A DNA stretch of 64,000 nucleotides from an uncultured Gammaproteobacteria bacterium (GTDB taxonomy: Bacteria > Patescibacteriota > Microgenomatia > CAZETR01 > Amesbacteraceae). This document shows positions 56,298 to 64,000 of the stretch, piece after piece. How positions within the stretch are numbered: position 1 is the stretch's first letter; each line of letters starts with the position of its first letter. The notes beneath the pieces were generated by a model, which was not told the origin of the DNA, did no database searches, and saw only the letters and a list, made by a program, of their open reading frames with translations. A program made the translations under genes and the position numbers. The stretch is from NCBI GenBank assembly GCA_964502885.1, contig CAZCXU010000001.1, forward strand, positions 93,352-157,351, written 5' to 3'.

Positions 56298-57816
56298 TTG
56301 TGGGCCGATGCTACTGGTGGTGGTGTGTGCTTTGTGGAGCGTGAGGGCCTTCCTGAATTGCCTGGACTGTTTTGCAAACTTTGGCCAGGACGGGTACCTG
56401 ATTGGGTGGATTTTGGACCAGGCAGGTAAAAATCTCTACGGGTTACATTTGGGTGGGTGGCAGCAAATATTTGGGGGTAACATATTTTATCCGGAAACCC
56501 AGGTTTTGCTCTATTCAGACTTATTTATTGTAACTAGTTTGTTGACGTATTACTGGGGTCGATTGGTGAACAATCCGATGATTTTGACAGGACTGGCGAT
56601 TGTGGGGGGGCAAGTATTGGTGATGGGGATATCGTATATATGGTGGAAAAAAATGTGTGGTAAAAAATGGATTGCGGCGTTGGCTGCAATAGCTTTCGGA
56701 CTGTCACAGGTTCGAATGCATTACCAAGTGCATTTGCAAATGTGGAATATGCAGTATTGGTTGCTGGGATGTTATTTGATATGGATGTGGGGACAGAACA
56801 AGCATCGAAATATGTGGTTGATAGCGGGTTTGAGTCTAATTGGTCTTCAAGCATGGGAGAGTGTATTGCCGGTATATTTTGCGATGTTGATGGTCGGGGT
56901 AATGTTGTGGAGTGGAGAAGTGAGAAAACATTGGAAAACTGTTTTTGTCGGTATTGTTGTGATGGGGGTTATCGCGATGATTCCGCTGTTTGGATATTGG
57001 CAGGTGAGCAATACTTATAATTTCCAAAGAACAATAAGAGATGCCGCTGCGGGGGGAATGTCGATTGATGATTTATGGGGAAAGTTTTTTAGTCCTGGGT
57101 TACTTATACTGGCTTTGATTACTGGTGTTTCCGGATGGAAAATGAGAGGAACTATTGGGAAGCTAAAGGAAATGAAATGGTTGGTGGTGGTGAGTGCGAT
57201 AAGTTTATTGTTGGCGATGGGGCCGGTGTTGAAGTGGGGCGGAAAGACGGTGAAGTTTAATGGGTGGGCGATTCCTCTACCGTATGCTGCCACATATTAT
57301 GTGGTACCGGGGATGGAAGCGTTTCGAACCCCTTCGCGCTGGATTTGGGTCGCCGTCTGGAGCGGGACGGCATTGGGGACGATAATTTTGGCAAATGTAA
57401 AAAATAAGCGATATATTTATTTGCTTATGTTGTTATCCTTATTTTTAGGTTCGAGTATTAATAGTGTTCGACGGTTTCCAATGAGAAAGGACGTTCCGGA
57501 AGTGTATAAATGGTTAACGGGCCAACCTGATGGTGTCGTGGTGAATTATCCGATGATAGTAGGAGAAGATGCGGCTGTGGAGATGAGCTACAGTATTTAT
57601 CACAAAAAGACATTGGTGGAAGGTTTCTCGGGGTTTGCGCCCCCACAGATTTTGTTGATTAGGAATGAAGTGAATGAGGCTTCTGACAGCGGGAAACTAT
57701 TGGAGATTTCAAAAAGGGTTGGGGCAACATATCTGATTACAAACAAACGGGAAATAAATAACGATGTAAATAAGATAGTCTATGAAGATGATATGAACAG
57801 AGTTTATAAGCTGTAG
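56275..57816 (+). CDS. polytopic membrane protein (tentative glycosyltransferase/YfhO-like)
   Basis: 513 aa, multi-TM, overlaps the upstream gene by 23 nt. Confidence 0.4.
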   Translation: MWKSFWHNCGPMLLVVVCALWSVRAFLNCLDCFANFGQDGYLIGWILDQAGKNLYGLHLGGWQQIFGGNIFYPETQVLLYSDLFIVTSLLTYYWGRLVNNPMILTGLAIVGGQVLVMGISYIWWKKMCGKKWIAALAAIAFGLSQVRMHYQVHLQMWNMQYWLLGCYLIWMWGQNKHRNMWLIAGLSLIGLQAWESVLPVYFAMLMVGVMLWSGEVRKHWKTVFVGIVVMGVIAMIPLFGYWQVSNTYNFQRTIRDAAAGGMSIDDLWGKFFSPGLLILALITGVSGWKMRGTIGKLKEMKWLVVVSAISLLLAMGPVLKWGGKTVKFNGWAIPLPYAATYYVVPGMEAFRTPSRWIWVAVWSGTALGTIILANVKNKRYIYLLMLLSLFLGSSINSVRRFPMRKDVPEVYKWLTGQPDGVVVNYPMIVGEDAAVEMSYSIYHKKTLVEGFSGFAPPQILLIRNEVNEASDSGKLLEISKRVGATYLITNKREINNDVNKIVYEDDMNRVYKL

Positions 57817-57845
57817 TCGTCGCAAATACGCTATACAATAATTGT

Positions 57846-59279
57846 ATGAAGCAAACAGTAAAACTGTGGTTTGTGTGGATGGTTGGGGCGGTCATGGTCT
57901 TTGCGGTAACAATGGGCGGGTGCGGATTGGTCGGATACCGATTAATGAGGGCGATATATGACGATCGGCGAGATTCGTTCGCAAAGTATTACCAGGGAAC
58001 CGCCTGGTGCGGAAAAGGGCTGCCATTTTTTGAGCATCTTAAAAAAATATTTGATGGAAAGTATGTAGTATTGCTGCAAAACAATTATGAATTGAGGCCT
58101 ACCGGGGGATTTATGGGAAGCTTTGCAAAAGTGGAATTTCGTGAGGGGGGATTGAAAAATATTTCGGTACAAGATATTTATGAGTTGGATGGAAAACTGC
58201 CCGGACATGTGGAACCTCCGTATCCGGTTCAGGAGGCGTTTGGGCAGGGATGGTGGAAGCTTCGTGATGCCAATTGGGACACTGATTTTGCGACAACGGC
58301 GGCGACTGTGTCCTGGTTTATGGAGCAGGGGGGCGAGAAAGAGATTGACGGAGTAATAGGGATAAATTTGTTTTTGCTAGAAAGGATATTGGCAGCTGTG
58401 GGGGGAGTGGAGGTTACGAGTTATGGTGAGAGGGTTACTGACAAAAACTTATATTCGTTGGCGCAAAAATATGCTGAGACACGCACGCAAGGGAACAAGA
58501 CTGACAAGCGGGGGTTTTTGGGGGCATTGGGGACAGCTCTTTTGGAGAAGCTGAGAGCAGTAGGACTACGAGAGTGGTTGTCTGTGGGGTCTGTGTTGTG
58601 GGGGGAACTGAATCAGCGACAAGTGTTGGTGTGGATGAAAGATGCGGCAATACAAAAAGATGTAGAAAGAATGAGGTGGAGCGGTGGTTTGTCTGAGGGG
58701 TGGGGAGGGGCAGGAGATTATGTATATATAGTAGACAGTAATTTGGGGGCAAATAAATCGGATTGCTGCATCAAAAGAAAACTTATACAGGAGGTGGATA
58801 AGAATGGTGATGGTGTAACAGTGAAGCTGAAACTGGAATGGAAAAATGAAAATGATTTTGAGGTTCCCAAACCGCCAATTTTCTGGGGAGGTAATTACTT
58901 GTCATATACGCGAATAGTGCTACCTAAAGAAGCGGTGAAATTGGTGGATGTCACTGTCGGAGCTGAGAAATTGCGACGAGGAGACGAGAAAGATTTTTTG
59001 GTGAAAACATCATTGCGTAGAGGAATTTCCAAGGAGATATATAAAGTTTCTGAGAGACAGGGTTTTGTGGAAGTCGGTTTTTGGGTAATGGTAAAGGCAC
59101 AACAATTGCAGACTGCCGAAGTGGTATTTGAAAGTGGTAGAAGTCCACGGAGACAATATGAAACGTTTGTGAGAAGACAGCCGGGAATAACTGGTTTTGA
59201 CTATTTGTTGAAGATGGGGGAGAAGGTGCGGGTGGTCACGTATATAGACAAAGATAGTCAATTTAAGGTATTGTGGTAG
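57846..59279 (+). CDS. hypothetical membrane-anchored extracytoplasmic protein
   Basis: 477 aa with a single N-terminal TM helix (LWFVWMVGAVMVFAVTMGG). Confidence 0.45.
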   Translation: MKQTVKLWFVWMVGAVMVFAVTMGGCGLVGYRLMRAIYDDRRDSFAKYYQGTAWCGKGLPFFEHLKKIFDGKYVVLLQNNYELRPTGGFMGSFAKVEFREGGLKNISVQDIYELDGKLPGHVEPPYPVQEAFGQGWWKLRDANWDTDFATTAATVSWFMEQGGEKEIDGVIGINLFLLERILAAVGGVEVTSYGERVTDKNLYSLAQKYAETRTQGNKTDKRGFLGALGTALLEKLRAVGLREWLSVGSVLWGELNQRQVLVWMKDAAIQKDVERMRWSGGLSEGWGGAGDYVYIVDSNLGANKSDCCIKRKLIQEVDKNGDGVTVKLKLEWKNENDFEVPKPPIFWGGNYLSYTRIVLPKEAVKLVDVTVGAEKLRRGDEKDFLVKTSLRRGISKEIYKVSERQGFVEVGFWVMVKAQQLQTAEVVFESGRSPRRQYETFVRRQPGITGFDYLLKMGEKVRVVTYIDKDSQFKVLW

Positions 59280-60130
59280 TAATGAAGCAATTGTTTAAGC
59301 TGCTTACCGCCAGTTTTTGGACGTTTGCGACGACGCTTCTGGTAGTGATGGTGTTTTTTGCAGGTTTCAGGACGGTGGCTGCAGGAGAAGTGGCGGTGGT
59401 GACCAGATTTGGTGAAGTAACAGGTAGGGTGCTTTCTCCGGGAGCAAATTTCATAGTGCCATTTTTTGAATCGACTTTGTATTACAACACTAAAAAGATT
59501 AACTATGAAACTGCTCCGGCAGAAAAGTCACTGAGTTCAAATGCTGACTATCGGGATATTCCCGTAGATACAAACACCAAGGATGGACAGCCTGTGGATA
59601 TCAGCTATACAGTCAGATTTTCTGTTGATCCCACAAAAGCAACTTGGGTGGCACAAAACATAGGCAGCGAACAAGCTTTGATTGAAAAAATTGTAAAAAC
59701 GGAGTCACGTATCTGGACGAGAAATGTCCCGAGAGGATTTTCTGCCGAAGATTTGTATACGGGAGAAGGGTCTTTGCAGGTGCAGCAGGCGATATTTGAA
59801 AAACTGCGGCCGGTATTTGAGTCAAATGGTTTGATATTGGATACGGTGGGGGTCCGGGAAATAACTTTTGACAGGTCTTATGTAGAGGCGATTAAAGCAA
59901 AACAAGTAGAACTGGTGAAAATTGAAGTGGAGAAGAATAAAGCTGCGCAGGAAGAATTTAAAAAGGAACAGAGGATTACCGCTGCAGAGGGACAAGCTAG
60001 AGAACAGGAATTGCAGAGAAGCACAATTTCTGAGGCACTGCTTCGCAAGATTTGGATAGAGAAGTGGGACGGGAAACTGCCCAACTATGTGGGTGGATCT
60101 GATGCCAGTACACTATTACAGATTCCTTAG
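59273..60130 (+). CDS. SPFH/band-7 (prohibitin/HflC-like) domain protein
   Basis: N-terminal TM, then the SPFH core AAGEVAVVTRFGEVTGRVLSPGANFIVPFFES and a C-terminal coiled coil. Confidence 0.7.
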   Translation: MVVMKQLFKLLTASFWTFATTLLVVMVFFAGFRTVAAGEVAVVTRFGEVTGRVLSPGANFIVPFFESTLYYNTKKINYETAPAEKSLSSNADYRDIPVDTNTKDGQPVDISYTVRFSVDPTKATWVAQNIGSEQALIEKIVKTESRIWTRNVPRGFSAEDLYTGEGSLQVQQAIFEKLRPVFESNGLILDTVGVREITFDRSYVEAIKAKQVELVKIEVEKNKAAQEEFKKEQRITAAEGQAREQELQRSTISEALLRKIWIEKWDGKLPNYVGGSDASTLLQIP

Positions 60131-60134
60131 AATT

Positions 60135-60488
60135 ATGGCCAAAGGTAGGTATCATGTGGATGAAATGGAAAGAAAGTGGCTATTGATATGCATAATGATG
60201 GGGGTGGCTTTGTTTTTGGGATTGGTGGCGTGGCAGATGCGGGTGGATAAAATCAACATGTGGTATGACTCCTTGATTGAGAGGGGGAAAACAGCGGAGG
60301 CCACGGAATCAGCAAAACCCAAAGTGGTCGATTTTTTTGCTTGTGGAGACAATTGCCCGGGGCCGGAAAGTAAGTATACGGTGAAAGTGTATGAGGGGGT
60401 GACTTCGAGTGAAGAATGTGCAAAGTGGGGAGGAAGGTGGAAGTCGTTTGTGGGGTGGGGAACAACATACTACTGTCAGGCGCGGTAG
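60135..60488 (+). CDS. small membrane-anchored protein downstream of the SPFH gene (possible NfeD-like partner)
   Basis: Start taken at the internal Met after the SPFH stop. One TM (LLICIMMGVALFLGLVAW). Cys-containing C-terminus. Confidence 0.3.
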   Translation: MAKGRYHVDEMERKWLLICIMMGVALFLGLVAWQMRVDKINMWYDSLIERGKTAEATESAKPKVVDFFACGDNCPGPESKYTVKVYEGVTSSEECAKWGGRWKSFVGWGTTYYCQAR

Positions 60489-60520
60489 CCACAATTTAGT
60501 GTGATATTATCGGGGGGAAT

Positions 60521-62269
60521 ATGGATCAGGTTGAAGACGTAAAAAGTAAAGTAGACATGGTGCAGTTGGTGGGGGAATACGTGAAACTTAATAAAGCGGG
60601 GAGAAACTATAAGGGATTGTGCCCATTTCATGGGGAAAAAACACCATCATTTATGGTGAATCCGGAATTGCAAATATATAAGTGTTTCGGATGCGGCGAA
60701 GGGGGAGATGCATACCAATTTATACAAAAGATGGAGGGAGTGGAATTTGGCGAGGCATTGAAAATGCTTGCCAAGAGGGTGGGGGTGACTTTGCAAAGCT
60801 ATACGCCCACTAAAGGAGAAGAGCAGCGGGAGAGGTGGTATGGAATAAACCAGATAACAGCTGATTATTATCACTATTTGTTGACCAAGCATGAGGTGGG
60901 TAAACTCGCTCTGGAGTATTTAACAAAACGGGGTATCAGCGAACAATCGATAACCAGTTATCGATTGGGATATGCGCCGGATGGCTGGGACTTTCTGATT
61001 AAGTATCTGGTTTCAAAAAAAGGCTACAAAGTTGAAGATTTAGAGAAAGCCGGATTGGTAGTGCCAAGTCAAAAAGGGGGGTATGACCGGTTTAGGAATC
61101 GGGTAATGTTTCCACTAACCAATCATCGCGGACAGGTGGTTGGGTTTGCCGGCAGAGTGATGCCGGGAGCTGATGAGAAAGCAGGTGGGAAGTATGTTAA
61201 TACACCGGAAACAGAGATCTACCACAAGGGAGATTTGCTTTACGGGTTGGATCAAAATAAAGTGGAAATTAAAAATGCGGGATGGGTGGTGATAGTGGAG
61301 GGGGAGGTGGATTCGATAGCAAGCGTACAGGCGGGAATTAAAAATGTAGTGGCCATTAAGGGATCGGCTTTGACAGCAAGGCAAGTGGAGATATTGAAGA
61401 GATATACAGACACTTTGGTGCTGGCATTGGATGCAGATTTGGCTGGTGATGCTGCGGCGCGGCGGGGAATTGAGATTGCGCAAAAGGCGGGAATGATTAT
61501 CAAAGTTGTCGAATCAGGGTCTTTGGCGGTGAACCCAAATAAATATAAAGATCCAGGAGAATGGGCGATGGCTGACGCGCTTGGTTGGGGTGCGGCTGTT
61601 GCGGCAGCGGTACCAATCTATGACTTTTATATCGAATCGGCGATTGAGAGATATGGATTGGATGTAGTGGGTAAAATGCGGGTAAGTAAAGAAATTTTGC
61701 CGTTGCTTTTTCGTATAGATGATGAGATTACGAAAGGGCATTATATTAAGAAGCTGGCAAAAGTTTTGGATGCTGCGGAGGATGATGTGCGAAAACAGAT
61801 GGGGAAGTTGTCATTTGGCAAAAGTGAAGAGGTGTTGGATGGGCAAGGCGGAGCAAAAACCGGACCGAAGACACGAAGAGAAGTCAAAGAAGAATATGTG
61901 GTGGGGCTGGCGCTGCGGTCTGATTTGACTGAAAAGCTGCTGGCGCCGGAAGTGGTAAATTTGTTTGAAAGTGGAATCTGGAAGCGAATAGTCGATGAAG
62001 TGGGAAAGCATTACCAGCCGGGTATGAAAGTGCGGGATTTGATAGATAGGTTTCCTGCGGAAATACGACAAAAGGCGGAGGAGATAGTGCTGGCGGTCGG
62101 AGAGAGTATCAAAGAGGGGGATTTGGAAAAAGAGTGGGAAACGGCAGTCAGGCTACTTGAAGAGGCGGTCTTGAGGGAAAAGATAGCCAATCTCAGGGGC
62201 AGGGAAGGTAAGGAGGCTGAGGTGGCCAAGCTGGTGGTGCGATTAAACGAGTTGACGCGAGTCGATTAG
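60521..62269 (+). CDS. dnaG: DNA primase
   Basis: Zinc-binding CPFHGEKTPSFMVNPELQIYKCFGCGEGGD, and a TOPRIM region (EGEVDSIA...DADLAGD). Confidence 0.85.
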   Translation: MDQVEDVKSKVDMVQLVGEYVKLNKAGRNYKGLCPFHGEKTPSFMVNPELQIYKCFGCGEGGDAYQFIQKMEGVEFGEALKMLAKRVGVTLQSYTPTKGEEQRERWYGINQITADYYHYLLTKHEVGKLALEYLTKRGISEQSITSYRLGYAPDGWDFLIKYLVSKKGYKVEDLEKAGLVVPSQKGGYDRFRNRVMFPLTNHRGQVVGFAGRVMPGADEKAGGKYVNTPETEIYHKGDLLYGLDQNKVEIKNAGWVVIVEGEVDSIASVQAGIKNVVAIKGSALTARQVEILKRYTDTLVLALDADLAGDAAARRGIEIAQKAGMIIKVVESGSLAVNPNKYKDPGEWAMADALGWGAAVAAAVPIYDFYIESAIERYGLDVVGKMRVSKEILPLLFRIDDEITKGHYIKKLAKVLDAAEDDVRKQMGKLSFGKSEEVLDGQGGAKTGPKTRREVKEEYVVGLALRSDLTEKLLAPEVVNLFESGIWKRIVDEVGKHYQPGMKVRDLIDRFPAEIRQKAEEIVLAVGESIKEGDLEKEWETAVRLLEEAVLREKIANLRGREGKEAEVAKLVVRLNELTRVD

Positions 62270-62307
62270 CAGTGTATATTCTAGGATGTTTCGACCATGA
62301 CGCTTGT

Positions 62308-62336
62308 GGTTGTCCCAATTTTAGATTCGGACAACC
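62308..62336. promoter_or_regulatory. perfect 8-bp inverted repeat GGTTGTCC-N13-GGACAACC between dnaG and rpoD
   Basis: Seen directly. Sits just upstream of a TTGACA hexamer (62342-62347). Confidence 0.25.
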
Positions 62337-62360
62337 CTCGTTGACACAGGCCGTTTTTAT

Positions 62361-63470
62361 ATGGGAAACCAAGATAAAGAAAAAGATAAAGGTGCGCAGG
62401 CTGTGGCGAATCTGATCGCAAAGGGAAAGCATCAGGGGTACCTGACCTTGGATGAAATTTTGGAAGCTTTTCCAGATGCTGAGGATAGAATCGAAGAGCT
62501 GGACGCGATGTTTGCCAAGCTGATTACGGCAAGTGTGGATGTCTTTGAAACGGTTACTGAGAGGGAAGAGGAAGATGAGGAGCGTTCAGTTGCTGATCTG
62601 GAGAAAGAGATTGAGGCATTGACCAAGGTTGAGGGAGTGGTGACTACTGATCCGGTAAGAATGTATTTGCGAGAAATAGGAAAGATCCCACTTTTGAAGC
62701 CAGTGGAAGAAATTTCTTTGGCACAAAAGATTGAAAAAGGTGATAGGAAAGCAAAAAAGAAGCTTACTGAGAGTAATTTGAGGTTGGTGGTGTCAATTGC
62801 AAAAAAATATGTGATGAGAGGTTTGTCGCTGTTGGATTTGATCCAAGAGGGAAATCAGGGGTTGATTCGGGCTGTGGAGAAATATGATTGGCGCAAGGGA
62901 TATAAGTTCTCAACATATGCGACTTGGTGGATCCGCCAGGCTATTACCCGGGCAATTGCTGATCAGGCGAGAACAATTCGTATTCCTGTACATATGGTGG
63001 AGACCATAAATAAGTTGATCAGGACTCAGAGACAACTGATGCAGAGTTTGGGTCGTGAGCCAACAGCGGAAGAAATTGCGACCACTATGGGTGAAATGAC
63101 GGCACATCGCGTGAGAGAGATTCTTAAAATAGCTCAGGATACAACCTCACTGGAAACACCAGTCGGAGATGAAGAAGACTCGATGCTTGGTGATTTCATC
63201 GCGGACACATCGCAACCGTCTCCTATAGAAGCTGCGTCGCGTGAACTTTTGAAAGAAAACATTGAGGAGGTGTTGTCATCTTTGACAGATAGAGAGGCCA
63301 AAGTTTTGCGGATGCGATTTGGTTTGGATGGCAAGAATCCGATGACTTTGGAAGAGGTGGGTCGAGAATTTGGAGTGACACGGGAAAGAATTCGTCAGAT
63401 AGAAGCTAAAGCTTTGCGAAAACTGAAACACCCGTCACGCAGGAAGAAGCTGCAAGACTATCTGGAGTAA
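62361..63470 (+). CDS. rpoD: RNA polymerase primary sigma factor (sigma-70 family)
   Basis: Region 2 [24 protein letters not shown] and region 4 [25 protein letters not shown]. Adjacent to dnaG. Confidence 0.85.
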
Positions 63471-64000
63471 CCGTTGGGGTGAGTACTGTGCCACCTGTAG
63501 GCGTGAGAGATGATGGTAGCAATATCAGAACTGGTGGGTGTCCAATTAAGCCGTTTTTGAAGTTTGGTGGAATCGGCTACTAACTCCGCAGGGTCACCTT
63601 CGCGGCGAGGCCCAAAGTTGATGGGAAATTCTGTGTGGGTAACATCCTTTACGGTATTGGCGATTTGAAGATTGGAGGTACCTTTTCCGGTACCGACGTT
63701 GAAAACATCTGTCTGGTGACCATTTTTCAGCGCGTCGAGGGCAAGTGAGTGGGCGGAACAAAGGTCGTCAATGTGAATGTAGTCACGAATACAAGTGCCA
63801 TCGGGAGTGGGGAAGTCGTTGCCAAAAATGGTGAATTGTTTATTTTGCATGGCCATCTTGATGGCGATGGGGATGATGTGCCCTTCCGGCTGATGATCTT
63901 CTCCGTAATTTCCATCGGGACTGGCGCCACAGGCATTGAAGTAACGCAAGGAGATAGATTTGATGCCAAATTGGCGGTCATAGTAAGAGAGAAGCTGTTC
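63458..64000 (-). CDS. galE: UDP-glucose 4-epimerase (N-terminus lies beyond the window end)
   Basis: [13 protein letters not shown]...[12 protein letters not shown]. The frame stays open upstream to nt 64000; the ORF track picked an internal TTG start. Confidence 0.7.
   Translation of the reverse strand, partial: EQLLSYYDRQFGIKSISLRYFNACGASPDGNYGEDHQPEGHIIPIAIKMAMQNKQFTIFGNDFPTPDGTCIRDYIHIDDLCSAHSLALDALKNGHQTDVFNVGTGKGTSNLQIANTVKDVTHTEFPINFGPRREGDPAELVADSTKLQKRLNWTPTSSDIATIISHAYRWHSTHPNGYSR

Noticed and set aside
1-64000. Search for CRISPR arrays, rRNA genes, integrases, transposases and reverse transcriptases
   Set aside because: No CRISPR-like periodic direct repeats, no rRNA signatures, and no recombinase, transposase or RT motifs in any long ORF. 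The tRNA-flanking repeats are therefore reported as footprints or structured elements, not as an intact mobile element.

Overview
Small-genome bacterial chromosome segment containing the replication origin, read as Firmicutes-like or CPR/Patescibacteria-like. That call rests on the rpmH-rnpA-yidD-yidC-jag / oriC / dnaA-dnaN layout, a PrgI-type type IV secretion (T4SS) module, a T-box leader, and many short or fused housekeeping genes; it is an inference. GC content looks moderate by eye and was not computed. Ordinary housekeeping genes: a VanW-like fragment, a tsaC-tsaE fusion with tsaD, valS, rplY, rnhA, the oriC block, smpB, tmRNA (ssrA), comF, dnaG, rpoD and galE. Six tRNAs are present (three Ser, two Arg, plus one more Ser). 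The standout region is a roughly 23 kb T4SS-like (VirB/Prg-type) envelope-spanning locus directly downstream of dnaN (15.6-38.8 kb). It holds a VirB4 ATPase split at a homopolymer, a PrgI/VirB3-like fusion protein, a VirB6/TrbL-like polytopic protein, a 1220-aa Cys-rich secreted giant, an M23-like and a SpoIID-like peptidoglycan hydrolase, and a tandem array of 11 divergent VirB2/TrbC-like pilin paralogs. No VirD4 coupling protein, relaxase, integrase or transposase is visible. The second half carries a glycosylation island (GT1, GT2-HAD fusion, GT2-methyltransferase fusion, GT-C-like membrane proteins) interleaved with tRNAs. Two of the tRNA-Ser genes there are flanked by degenerate partial copies of themselves. 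One is followed by a 2x tandem ~140-bp repeat whose units end in tRNA-3'-end-like sequence. No CRISPR array or rRNA was seen.
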